DNA of 50,710 bases from a virus (IMGVR_UViG_2974616520_000001:113328-164037), one strand, 5' to 3'. Shown: positions 35,686-44,246, counted from the stretch's first letter. Translations and numbers: made by a program. Notes: generated by a model not told the origin, from the sequence alone.

Positions 35686-35831
35686 GCTGGTCGATTATAA
35701 GTGACGATTCGATGGAACCAATAACACCCCTGCGGCGGCAGAAAGGATGTTGGGAAAGTCGGATAACAACGAAGGCAATCGTGGGTGGGATGGCCTCCCC
35801 CTTCTCGGTTCGAACCCGAGGGCCAGTACCA
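35686..35831 (+). ncRNA. Enlarged (146-nt) tRNA-like RNA ending in an encoded CCA
   Basis: GCTGGTC (35686-92) pairs with GGCCAGT followed by ACCA; perfect T-arm CTCGG-TTCGAAC-CCGAG; interior has several hairpins and no canonical anticodon arm. Confidence 0.55.
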
Positions 35832-35834
35832 AAG

Positions 35835-35910
35835 TTCGTGATAGCTCAGTTGGTAGAGCAGCCTCCTTTTAAGAGGCAGGTCACTGGTTCAAGTCCAGTT
35901 CACGGCACCA
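35835..35910 (+). tRNA. trnK: tRNA-Lys (anticodon UUU)
   Basis: 76 nt; TAGCTCAGTTGGTAGAGC D-arm, GCCTC-CTTTTAA-GAGGC anticodon arm, ACTGG-TTCAAGT-CCAGT T-arm, encoded CCA; 1:72 mismatch. Confidence 0.95.
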
Positions 35911-35964
35911 ATAATGTGGTATGTGGTGAGTCCTGATAATAATAGTTGCCTGTTGTAATTATCC

Positions 35965-36000
35965 AGCCCCGATACAAGGAATTGTGCGGGGCTTCTTTTT
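35965..36000 (+). terminator. Terminator closing the tRNA/ncRNA cluster
   Basis: GCCCCG...CGGGGC followed by TTCTTTTT. Confidence 0.7.
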
Positions 36001-36090
36001 GCTCCTCGTTCTGAACTATCCCTCCCAGATTCTCCTTGGGTATTGAGCCGCCCCGGTATACAATACCACGAAATACACAGGAGATTCGTC

Positions 36091-37467
36091 ATGTCCGACT
36101 TCACAAATAAAGTAATACAGAAACTTGATGATAACATTGAGTGGTTGAACAAACAAACCCGCATGGGGGCGGAAGGGGGCTACCCAGTTCAACCTTTGGC
36201 AACGCCTGACCAGCTGCGTCTTCTAAACCAGACTGTACAACGTCTGAACGGCTTACCGCAGAAGACCATCTTCCCTCTCCAGACTCTCGACCGCACCAAG
36301 ATGAAGTGGGACGACTACCTGTACACCTTTACGCCGTGTGAGCTGGTAGAGAACCCGGCCACCCAGCAGAAGACCTGGTTCAAGCGTGAGGACTACTTCG
36401 CCCCGCTCTCCAACTACGAGAACGGCCAGCAGGGTATCAACGGCTCCAAACTCCGTCAGGCCATCTGGCTCCTACAGCAGCATATCCTGGCAGGCGGCTC
36501 CCCTGATATCGTTCATGGTACTGTCATGGGTTCGCCTCAGTCACCGATGGCAACGGCTGTCTCGCGCCACTTCGGCGGCAAGACCACTACAGTCCTGGGT
36601 GCTACCAAGCCGTCAACCTGTATGAAGGCTGGTATGGTTGAGATGAGTGCCTGGTTCGGTAGCGAATTCAACTTCGTCGGCTCTGGCTACAATACTGTCA
36701 TTCAGCCACGCTGTAAGCTGCTCCTGGAAGGCACGAAGCCGGATGCGTATTACCTGGAGTACGGTATCACCCTGGATCACACAAAGCATGCCTCAGCGCG
36801 TCTGGCAGCGTTCCATGCCCTGGGTGGATACCAGGTACAGAACATCCCAGATCATATCACCGATCTGATTATCCCGGCTGGCTCATGTAACAGCTGTACC
36901 AGTATCTTTACTGGCCTGGCCATGTATCCAAAGCCTAACATCAAGAATATCTGGCTTGTTGGTATTGGGCCGAACCGCCTCCGCTTCATTGAGGAGCGCC
37001 TGGACATCATTGGTAAGGAGCTGGGGCTTCCTCACATCCGTGCGTGGACTCGTGATTACCGCGACAATCCAGGCTTTGGGAAGGACGCACCTGCACCGAA
37101 GGCCAAGAACCTGCTAGACATCATGAAAGCGGGCCGCCAGACTGGTAAAACAGAGATGGCCCAGGCTGTTATCGATTCGGCTAAACCGCGCTTCACTGTC
37201 CACCATTGGGACCTGCATTCCACCAACTGGGTGCGCTACAATGATCTCATGGATTATCAGTGGGGTGATATTGAGCTGCATCCACGCTATGAAGGGAAGG
37301 TGATGCGCTTTGTACAGGAACGTGCGCCTGAGCTTCTGAATGAGAATACCCTGTTCTGGATCGTGGGCAGCAAGCCATACATCGAGCCGATGAAGAAGAA
37401 CTGCCCTGAGCTGGGTGATATCCCAACGGAAGTCGAGGTTAACGCTTTCAACCCGGTTAAAAAGTAA
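36091..37467 (+). CDS. PLP-dependent enzyme of the thymidine hypermodification pathway (ViI gp226-like)
   Basis: FKREDYFAPL...INGSKLRQ (PLP lysine), SPQSPMA and IIPAGSCNS fit the fold-type II PLP family seen with hmU-modifying genes. Likely start MSDF at 36091 with CAGGAG SD. Confidence 0.8.
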   Translation: MSDFTNKVIQKLDDNIEWLNKQTRMGAEGGYPVQPLATPDQLRLLNQTVQRLNGLPQKTIFPLQTLDRTKMKWDDYLYTFTPCELVENPATQQKTWFKREDYFAPLSNYENGQQGINGSKLRQAIWLLQQHILAGGSPDIVHGTVMGSPQSPMATAVSRHFGGKTTTVLGATKPSTCMKAGMVEMSAWFGSEFNFVGSGYNTVIQPRCKLLLEGTKPDAYYLEYGITLDHTKHASARLAAFHALGGYQVQNIPDHITDLIIPAGSCNSCTSIFTGLAMYPKPNIKNIWLVGIGPNRLRFIEERLDIIGKELGLPHIRAWTRDYRDNPGFGKDAPAPKAKNLLDIMKAGRQTGKTEMAQAVIDSAKPRFTVHHWDLHSTNWVRYNDLMDYQWGDIELHPRYEGKVMRFVQERAPELLNENTLFWIVGSKPYIEPMKKNCPELGDIPTEVEVNAFNPVKK

Positions 37468-37470
37468 GCG

Positions 37471-37496
37471 TTCAATACACTGACTTCAGCGATAAT
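37471..37496 (+). promoter_or_regulatory. TTCAAT-N14-GATAAT promoter
   Basis: TTCAATACACTGACTTCAGCGATAAT. Confidence 0.6.
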
Positions 37497-37500
37497 TACG

Positions 37501-37524
37501 GAAGGGGTTCGGCCCCTTCCTTCT
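37501..37524 (+). terminator. Hairpin terminator after the PLP enzyme gene
   Basis: GAAGGGG-TTCGG-CCCCTTC followed by CTTCT. Confidence 0.6.
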
Positions 37525-37542
37525 ATAACATGAGGCTACACT

Positions 37543-38340
37543 ATGCGTAACGTACAGCAATGGCGTCGCAAATCTGATCAGCGCGTACTGCGTGTGTTCA
37601 AATCAGGCGGCATCAAAAAGACTCTGGAGAAGTTCCTTCAGGACATCTATAAAGTCACCAACACTGCTAGACGCGTCAGCGGGCAGGTTATCCATACTGA
37701 TGACAACCAGTATCAGATCACCAAAGGCGATTACCTGGTTGTTGACTGGACCACCAAATCACTGACTTTGTTCAGCAACGAAGCCCAGATGTTCAAGTAT
37801 ATGCTTGACAACAACTTCGGATTTGAAGGCGTTGAGCGTGTTAACAACATGCAGATCAGCAATGAGATTGACAACACTGCGTTGATCACGCGTTGGGGTA
37901 ACTGGGCATATTCTGGTGAGAAAGCGTCTACCGTGAAGCGTGTGGAAGTAGAAGGCGGTGGAAACGCAGTACTCCCGGATACTCAGAAGATCCAGACCAT
38001 TGCGGTTGATGGTACTGCCACAACGCATATGATCACAGCAGCGCTGGCGCAATCGAAGAATGTCGCTGATCCTTCAAATACACTCACAGTTCCTGCGGAG
38101 CCTCGCTCTGGTCAGCCAGTGATGGAAAATACCTGGGTCAATACCTCTAGTAAACCGGTAGCGAAATGCGGGATCCCGCCTGCAGGTTGGGAGTGTACTC
38201 GCCCTGCAGGTCATGGAGGCCCATGTGCTGCCGTCGATGTTGGTTTGAGTGATGAACCTCAGAATGACCAGCCGGTCAAAGCGAAGAAGAAAACCTTCGC
38301 TCAGCGCCTGTTAGGGTTTCTGTCAGTCTTCCGCCGCTAA
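37543..38340 (+). CDS. Hypothetical protein with a C-terminal Cys/His motif
   Basis: 265-aa ORF with GAGG SD; CGIPPAGWECTRPAGHGGPC (C-C-H-C). Confidence 0.8.
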   Translation: MRNVQQWRRKSDQRVLRVFKSGGIKKTLEKFLQDIYKVTNTARRVSGQVIHTDDNQYQITKGDYLVVDWTTKSLTLFSNEAQMFKYMLDNNFGFEGVERVNNMQISNEIDNTALITRWGNWAYSGEKASTVKRVEVEGGGNAVLPDTQKIQTIAVDGTATTHMITAALAQSKNVADPSNTLTVPAEPRSGQPVMENTWVNTSSKPVAKCGIPPAGWECTRPAGHGGPCAAVDVGLSDEPQNDQPVKAKKKTFAQRLLGFLSVFRR

Positions 38341-38352
38341 TCACCTCCCGCA

Positions 38353-38388
38353 CTAAATAACCCCATTAGGCTACTTCCTGATGGGGTT
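38353..38388 (+). promoter_or_regulatory. Late promoter CTAAATAACCCC with an SD-masking hairpin
   Basis: AACCCCAT/ATGGGGTT inverted repeat, ATG at 38395. Confidence 0.7.
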
Positions 38389-38394
38389 TACCAA

Positions 38395-38850
38395 ATGACT
38401 ACTTCCAAACTGTTTGAAGCCGTAGAAGACGACTCTCCTATCTGGGTCGGGATCTTCAACGGCAGCACTATCGAGATCTATGACCGCCCAGAGACCGGCG
38501 CTGAAGAGATCTATTCATCGGCCGACACTATCGAAAAGGCTGCAACTGACCTTGCTGCCTTCCTGGACAGTGCCCAGCCAGAAGATTACCGGGCTGAGCG
38601 CACCCCTGACGCCACCGATGAAGTTGTGGTGTACGTGGGTAACAGCCCTTGGACCTCCTTCTCTATTGAGGGTTCTGAGGATGGACAGATGGTGGTAGCG
38701 GGTGACATTCAATTGGATGATGCTGAGCTGGACTACCTGCAACAGAACGGCGTACTGCCAGATCCGGACAAGTTCGGTGATGTGACGATTGACATGGATA
38801 ACCCGGACGATGATTTCTGGGTGTCACCGAGTGGTGCAGGCGTAGAATGA
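38395..38850 (+). CDS. Acidic late protein (probably virion-associated)
   Basis: 151-aa D/E-rich ORF behind a plus-strand CTAAATA late box with an SD-masking hairpin. Confidence 0.75.
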   Translation: MTTSKLFEAVEDDSPIWVGIFNGSTIEIYDRPETGAEEIYSSADTIEKAATDLAAFLDSAQPEDYRAERTPDATDEVVVYVGNSPWTSFSIEGSEDGQMVVAGDIQLDDAELDYLQQNGVLPDPDKFGDVTIDMDNPDDDFWVSPSGAGVE

Positions 38851-38853
38851 AAG

Positions 38854-38878
38854 AAGGGGGCCAAACGGCCCCCTTTTA
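38854..38878. terminator. Bidirectional terminator between convergent genes
   Basis: AAGGGGGCC-AAAC-GGCCCCCTT-TT. Confidence 0.8.
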
Positions 38879-39211
38879 ATTGCGGTAGATTGCAGGAACT
38901 ACCAGGTTGCGATTGCGGCCGTTCAGGTAGTCAGAAACCATTTTCTTAGCTTCAGCAATGCTGGCAGCACGCGTCTTCATCCGACGCCAATCCCAGCCGT
39001 CCGTGTCCTGACGGTAAACCGCTAACCAGACTTCTAAATCCAGGTTCGTTGCATCTTTATGGGTAGCCGGGTGATAAGAATCCTTACAGCGGATAGACGC
39101 GCAAGTGTTTCCGTTTGGATATTCGGCGCTTGGGAATCCGCGCTGAGAAAAAGAGCGGTAACGCCCGGTCGCTTCTGGTTCTACGCGCCATTTTGGTATG
39201 ATCTTGGCCAT
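38876..39211 (-). CDS. Hypothetical protein
   Basis: Track ORF 38876..39217; likely start MAKIIPKW at 39211 after GAAGGAA SD. Confidence 0.75.
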   Translation of the reverse strand: MAKIIPKWRVEPEATGRYRSFSQRGFPSAEYPNGNTCASIRCKDSYHPATHKDATNLDLEVWLAVYRQDTDGWDWRRMKTRAASIAEAKKMVSDYLNGRNRNLVVPAIYRN

Positions 39212-39218
39212 AATCAAG

Positions 39219-39571
39219 TTCCTTCATTTCAACTGAGTTTATGACTGCGCCTCGCAAGACGCAGGGTATAAAATCAGACGTAATCTTTTGCCTGCTCTAC
39301 CAGTGAAGCCAGTTCTTTGCGGGCGCTTTCAAGACCTGGTTTGTTTTCAGGTAGGCCACAGCACATGATAATCCAGTGGTCAACAACCCGGCATGCCGAA
39401 CTTAACTCTTTCTGAATTTCAGCTTTCTTTGTTGCCATACCACGTTTGGCGCGGCGCTGGTTGTAGGAGCGGGCATAGTCATAAACTTCTGTGTTGGTCA
39501 TGGTGTAGTTCCTTCGTTTCAACTGAGTTTATTCATGCGCCCCGGTAAGACGCATGGTATAAAGTCAGGCG
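39219..39571 (-). repeat. Two imperfect direct repeats (about 60 bp, 39219-39280 and 39509-39571) forming gene leaders
   Basis: CCTTCRTTTCAACTGAGTTTAT...TGCGCC...AAGACGCA.GGTATAAA.TCAG.CG occurs twice, each copy just upstream of a minus-strand ORF. Confidence 0.85.
39274..39501 (-). CDS. Hypothetical protein
   Basis: Track ORF 39274..39522; likely start MTNTEV at 39501 after GAAGGAA SD. Confidence 0.7.
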   Translation of the reverse strand: MTNTEVYDYARSYNQRRAKRGMATKKAEIQKELSSACRVVDHWIIMCCGLPENKPGLESARKELASLVEQAKDYV

Positions 39572-39723
39572 GGGGAGACGTTAGAAATATCATCCCAGAA
39601 TTCCTGATCCCCGTCACTCAATAAAACCGAATTACCGTTGACAGCTTTGACAGTAAGGACGGCTTTGCGTGCAAACTGGCCCATCCAATTGATTTCTTTT
39701 ACCTTCGCGCCTTTCTTAATCAT
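39565..39723 (-). CDS. Hypothetical 52-aa protein (not in the track)
   Basis: MIKKGAKVKEINWMGQFARKAVLTVKAVNGNSVLLSDGDQEFWDDISNVSPA* with GAAGGGA SD. Confidence 0.65.
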   Translation of the reverse strand: MIKKGAKVKEINWMGQFARKAVLTVKAVNGNSVLLSDGDQEFWDDISNVSPA

Positions 39724-39806
39724 AACGTAATCCCTTCAGTTCAAGTTTGTTTAATGCTGCTGTGAACTTCAATACTACGCCAGTTATTGAACTTAGTAAA
39801 GCATTA

Positions 39807-40034
39807 TCAATAAATTTTATACGTTTCCCCTTTGTAGGGTATTTCTGTTCTGATTTCAGCCAGGGCGCGGTTGGGTACGCGGATATCCCATTGGAGGCCG
39901 AATTCATCTGAGATGGTCAGGATAGAGATTCTGTTGTTAACCGGTCGCTGCTTGAGGATCTTTCCGCTCAGGGGTTCGATCATATTGGAGCGCACTCGGA
40001 GTTGCATTCCGATCACGTTGTTTACGCCTTTCAT
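39807..40034 (-). CDS. Hypothetical protein
   Basis: 75-aa ORF downstream of the minus-strand TTCAAT promoter at 40051-40075. Confidence 0.6.
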   Translation of the reverse strand: MKGVNNVIGMQLRVRSNMIEPLSGKILKQRPVNNRISILTISDEFGLQWDIRVPNRALAEIRTEIPYKGETYKIY

Positions 40035-40050
40035 AAGTTAGATGGCCAGT

Positions 40051-40075
40051 ATAATACTGCTAAACGGATATTGAA
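40051..40075 (-). promoter_or_regulatory. TTCAAT-N13-TATTAT promoter (minus strand)
   Basis: Reverse complement reads TTCAATATCCGTTTAGCAGTATTAT. Confidence 0.65.
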
Positions 40076-40095
40076 GGGCGTCCGTGCCCTTGTTG

Positions 40096-40710
40096 TTAAG
40101 GTGACTTAGGTGGATCTTGTGGCTTCATCACAGGCCAAACGTCAGCATTCTTTTGAACCTGGGTGGGATCGGGAGCAGCATCACCAGTGCCAGCAACGGT
40201 AACTTCTTTTTCAACTTTGTTGGCACCATATCCAGTAGCTTCCTTGACCACGGTAACACCAAAATCTTTGATGGCATCGGTCGCTGCATCCTTTCGACCG
40301 TTGGCCTTGTAATGGTTGTACCCTTTGATACCAAAGGACGCTGAGATAGCAGTCAGTAATGAAGCAGTATACCAGTCAGGGGCTTTGTCAAGCGCCATCA
40401 TGCCACTGATGACAGCATTGATAAAGTCGCCTTTGTGGTATTCAGTGTGGTACAAAAACAGTTCCACAACAGGGGCAATCATAACCAGGATTGCAGGCAC
40501 GGCCAATACAATGGTCCAGAACTCGTCTTTCCAACTACCGCCCACTTCTGTGATCTTAGCCAGTTCCCAGTCGCTGGTAGACTTGATTGCTTCAAGTTTC
40601 ACAGCATGCTGAGCCTGATTGATTTCACGCTTGTAGGCGAAGTAATCGGTCCCAAGGTTCCAGATCTGTTTGAGCGCACCAGGCACCAGGCTTAAAAGTG
40701 GTAAGGCCAT
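40096..40710 (-). CDS. Membrane protein, holin-of-3TMs-like
   Basis: Likely start MALPLL at 40710 (AGGAG SD). SWKDEFWTIVLAVP...PDWY...ISASFGIK matches a holin-like membrane family. Confidence 0.6.
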   Translation of the reverse strand: MALPLLSLVPGALKQIWNLGTDYFAYKREINQAQHAVKLEAIKSTSDWELAKITEVGGSWKDEFWTIVLAVPAILVMIAPVVELFLYHTEYHKGDFINAVISGMMALDKAPDWYTASLLTAISASFGIKGYNHYKANGRKDAATDAIKDFGVTVVKEATGYGANKVEKEVTVAGTGDAAPDPTQVQKNADVWPVMKPQDPPKSP

Positions 40711-40795
40711 AGCGCTTACTCCTTTGTCAATGAACAACAAACGCCTATTATATACACCACGTGCTAACGGTACGGATAAAACCTGAGGACATAAC

Positions 40796-43700
40796 ATGTC
40801 AGTTTTCTACACGAACGTATCCCGTGATGGCGGCGATTTATTGGTTCGAATCGCAGACCACGAGGGGAATCGTAGACTCACCCGCGTTAAGAAATTCACC
40901 CCAACTCTCTATTTACCAACCCACGATTATGCGAATGCTGAAAAAGTCGGCCTGCTGGGTGAACCCCTGGTGCCCAAGACCTTTGACAGCATGCGCATGG
41001 CCGAGAACTATATTGAGGAATACAAGGACGTCCATGGCGCGGCCATCTTTGGCCAGACCAACTGGGCCTTCCAGTTCATTGCTCATAAGTTCGGTGGGAC
41101 AATTACCCCCGACTTCACTAATATCCATATCGCCAACGTCGATATAGAGGTGTTCTCAGGTGGGTGGGATCCTGACTCTAAGCAGCTTCTCAAAGGCCCG
41201 TTCCCTGAGCCGGTAGTCAGCCAGGAAGGTAAGATTGGGCGCAACCCAACCAGCCTGAAGCGCTACATTAAGAAGGCCAAGGCCAGTCAGGAATTCGTCC
41301 GTCACCACTTCCCCAACTCTTATATTGACCCGGCGCTAGAAGCCCTGGACGTTGATGACCTAGATGACAGTAGCCAGATAGACGCTGAGTCCCTGAACGC
41401 AGCCTTCCCTATCCCGCTGATCCAGCTACAGGATATGGCCAACAACAAGTATCACATCTTCGGTATGCCGGCTCTGAAGGATCGTATGAAGTTCAAATAT
41501 GATCCCAACGATAAAGAGATCGGCGGCCTTGAGGTGGTCTACCACGAGTTTGAGACCGAGCAAGACCTGCTGCGGGCCTTCCTTGATCACTGGCAAGAAC
41601 GTCAGTATGACGGCTGGACCGGCTGGAACATCGAACAGTTTGACTGCCCGTACCTGGTTGAACGTATCAACAACGTCTTGGGTGAGGGTGCCTACAGCCG
41701 CCTGAGTCCCTGGAACATCGTCAAGAAGCGTTACATCAAAGATGCCAAGGGTGACATCAAGACCTATGAGTTCGTGGGCTGTGAAATGCTGGACATGCAG
41801 CAGATCTATAAGAAGCACACCTACACCACCCGCGAACGTTACTCCCTTGATTGGATCGCATACTGTGAGCTGGAAGAGAAGAAGATGGACTACAGTGAAT
41901 CGAAGTCACTGAACACCCTCTTCTTCAACGATTATGCCAAGTACTGCCGATATGGTATCAAGGATACCAAGCTGGTCTGGCGTCTGGAAGAGAAGCTGAA
42001 GCTGTTGCAGCTGATGTTCGTGTTAGCCTACACCACCAAGTCAAACTACCGCGACGGCCTGGGTACAGTAGCCCCCTGGCTGGCCATGTGTTACTACAAG
42101 CTGTTTGAGAAAGGGATCGTCCCTAAGATCAGGCGTGTCTACAACGGGCCGACTGACTTTGAGGGTGCCTTCGTCATGGAGGTTACGGCAGGGCGCTACA
42201 GATGGGTGTTCAGCCTTGACCTTAACTCCCTGTATCCTCACATCATCCAGCAGTACAACCTTGGGCCTGAGACTATCATTGATGATCCGCATGTACGCCG
42301 CGAACTCATTGAGGCTATGGTCAAAGAACTGGAAGCCAGCATTGGCCTCAGTACGCCTATGCACCTGCGCACCCGCTACAAAGCCCTGGCTGATAAACTG
42401 CGCCGCGCTGTCGATGAGCGCCTGCATGTTGTTGAAGAGCTGGTTGCCTGTGGTAAGTTTGAGTTCAAATGTCTGAAGGAAGCCAATGTGTCCTTCACAC
42501 CGAACGTTCAGTTCTTCCGCAATGACAAGATGTCGTTCCTGTCTGAAATCATGCGTTGGGTCTATGGCTCACGTAAGGTTGAGAAGGCTACTGGTCTGCG
42601 CTATGAGCAGTATGACAACTGGTGTACTGAACTGGCGGCTGGTAAGTTCTCTGTAGAGGCTGCTCGCAAGTCTAGATTCTGGGATGAAGAATGGTATCAG
42701 ACCACACTGAAGATTGCCGAGCCGTTGCTCAAAGACGCTGCCACCGAGTGGGAGAAGAAGGCGATTGTCCAGGACGTACTACAGCAGGGTCTGAAGATCT
42801 TGATGAACGCTGGTTATGGTGCTATCTCTAACGTCTGGTTCAAGGAATACTTCGACCTGCGTATTGCTGAGGCGATCACCACATCTGGTCAGCTGATCAA
42901 CAAGTGGAACAAGAAGCACACCGACGCCTTCCTGAACAAAGAGTTTGGTACAGGCGGCCTTGACTACGTTATTGCAGGTGACACCGACTCCAACTACATT
43001 ACGCTGGAGCGCCTGGTTGAACGTGAGTGGCCGGGTGAGACCGATATGCACAAGATCGCCGACAATATCGATGAGTGGATTCGTAAGACCTACTCCCCGT
43101 TGGTGAACCAGTGGTGTGAGGATCTCTGTGGCACTGTGAACGGCTTTGAGCAGCGTATGGTGTGGGAACGTGAGGTTATCGCCCCCGAAGCCATCTGGCG
43201 TGCTAAGAAGATGTATTGCATGGCAGTCATTGACTCAGAGGGTGTGCGCTACGATACGCCTAAGATCAAGTTCAAAGGTCTTGAGGCCCGTAAATCGTCC
43301 ACCCCTGAGTGGTGCCGTAACAAACTCAAGGACTGCTACAAGACCATCCTTCTGGGTACTGAAGAGCAGGTACAGAAGCAGATCAGTGAAATCAAGGCAG
43401 AGTACATGAAACTCAGCGTTGAAGACATTGCCAAGGCCTCATCAGTCTCTGACCTTGAGAAGTGGATGGATGGTGACAGCTACCGCAAGGGAACCCACTA
43501 TGCGGCCAAGGCGTCTATCAACTACAACCGCCTGATTGCAGCCAAGCCTGACCTGGAGATGACAGAGATTGAATCGGGCGATAAGGTGCTGATAGTCAAC
43601 CTCAAGCCTAATAACCCGATAGGCGAGAACAACCTGGCATTCCCGGACTATCTGGAACCTGAACTGGATATGCATAAGTGGGTTGACTACAACGTCTCCT

Positions 43701-43813
43701 TCACCAAAGGCTTCATTGATCCGATTCAGTCTATCCTTGAAGTGGTGGGCTGGAACTGGAAGCGCCGCGTCAATCTGATGGCGATGCTGAAGAAGCAACA
43801 GGATAAAGGTTAA
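40796..43813 (+). CDS. gp43: DNA polymerase, family B (T4 gp43-like)
   Basis: ExoI DIEV, GWNIEQFDCPYL, motif A DLNSLYPHII, motif B KILMNAGYGA, motif C AGDTDS, KKMY and KFKGLE. Confidence 0.97.
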   Translation: MSVFYTNVSRDGGDLLVRIADHEGNRRLTRVKKFTPTLYLPTHDYANAEKVGLLGEPLVPKTFDSMRMAENYIEEYKDVHGAAIFGQTNWAFQFIAHKFGGTITPDFTNIHIANVDIEVFSGGWDPDSKQLLKGPFPEPVVSQEGKIGRNPTSLKRYIKKAKASQEFVRHHFPNSYIDPALEALDVDDLDDSSQIDAESLNAAFPIPLIQLQDMANNKYHIFGMPALKDRMKFKYDPNDKEIGGLEVVYHEFETEQDLLRAFLDHWQERQYDGWTGWNIEQFDCPYLVERINNVLGEGAYSRLSPWNIVKKRYIKDAKGDIKTYEFVGCEMLDMQQIYKKHTYTTRERYSLDWIAYCELEEKKMDYSESKSLNTLFFNDYAKYCRYGIKDTKLVWRLEEKLKLLQLMFVLAYTTKSNYRDGLGTVAPWLAMCYYKLFEKGIVPKIRRVYNGPTDFEGAFVMEVTAGRYRWVFSLDLNSLYPHIIQQYNLGPETIIDDPHVRRELIEAMVKELEASIGLSTPMHLRTRYKALADKLRRAVDERLHVVEELVACGKFEFKCLKEANVSFTPNVQFFRNDKMSFLSEIMRWVYGSRKVEKATGLRYEQYDNWCTELAAGKFSVEAARKSRFWDEEWYQTTLKIAEPLLKDAATEWEKKAIVQDVLQQGLKILMNAGYGAISNVWFKEYFDLRIAEAITTSGQLINKWNKKHTDAFLNKEFGTGGLDYVIAGDTDSNYITLERLVEREWPGETDMHKIADNIDEWIRKTYSPLVNQWCEDLCGTVNGFEQRMVWEREVIAPEAIWRAKKMYCMAVIDSEGVRYDTPKIKFKGLEARKSSTPEWCRNKLKDCYKTILLGTEEQVQKQISEIKAEYMKLSVEDIAKASSVSDLEKWMDGDSYRKGTHYAAKASINYNRLIAAKPDLEMTEIESGDKVLIVNLKPNNPIGENNLAFPDYLEPELDMHKWVDYNVSFTKGFIDPIQSILEVVGWNWKRRVNLMAMLKKQQDKG

Positions 43814-43814
43814 G

Positions 43815-43840
43815 TTCAATAACTAAAGTGGGGTGATAAT
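43815..43840 (+). promoter_or_regulatory. TTCAAT-N14-GATAAT promoter
   Basis: TTCAATAACTAAAGTGGGGTGATAAT. Confidence 0.65.
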
Positions 43841-43877
43841 AGCCCCACTTATCTCACTCCATCCAGGAATTAACCAA

Positions 43878-44246
43878 ATGAAACGTATCATCATTGCTAC
43901 TCTCGCTCTTGCTATGTCAGGTTGTGCTCTTCAGGCTCCAACCCCTAACGAAGTCTACACTGAGGCCAAAGCCTCTGAGCAGATGGAGAGCTTTATCAAG
44001 GCTCACGCTGCCCTGAGCAACACCACCCCCGGCCCGATGGAAACCCGCTGCGCCCTGATGGAAAAGCTGGACGAATCAGAGACCAACGAATACGCCTGCG
44101 CCACCCTGATCAAACAGCAGAACGTGGTGCTCGAAGCCGACTGCTCAATCGATGCAGGTTGTGAGGCTACCGGCTACAAGGTCTGGGATGCCACCCAGGG
44201 TAAATTCGTAGAACCAAACCCGGCGCTGGCTGAGGTGGCTCCATGA
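43878..44246 (+). CDS. Lipoprotein
   Basis: Start MKRIIIATLALAMSG-C at 43878 is a classic lipobox signal peptide; four further Cys residues. Confidence 0.8.
   Translation: MKRIIIATLALAMSGCALQAPTPNEVYTEAKASEQMESFIKAHAALSNTTPGPMETRCALMEKLDESETNEYACATLIKQQNVVLEADCSIDAGCEATGYKVWDATQGKFVEPNPALAEVAP

Noticed and set aside
35540-35765. RNase P-like snippets (GGGAAAGTC; GATAAGCC as reverse complement of GGCTTATC)
   Set aside because: The two snippets are on opposite strands and the other conserved P4 elements are absent.
37126-37150. GRQTGKT Walker A-like string in the PLP enzyme
   Set aside because: It lies in a loop insertion with no accompanying P-loop fold elements; probably coincidental.
40796-43813. 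Possible intein or intron in the 1005-aa polymerase (also checked in the terminase)
   Set aside because: The ORFs are continuous, with no intein splice motifs and no LAGLIDADG/HNH signature. The extra length is spread over insertions.
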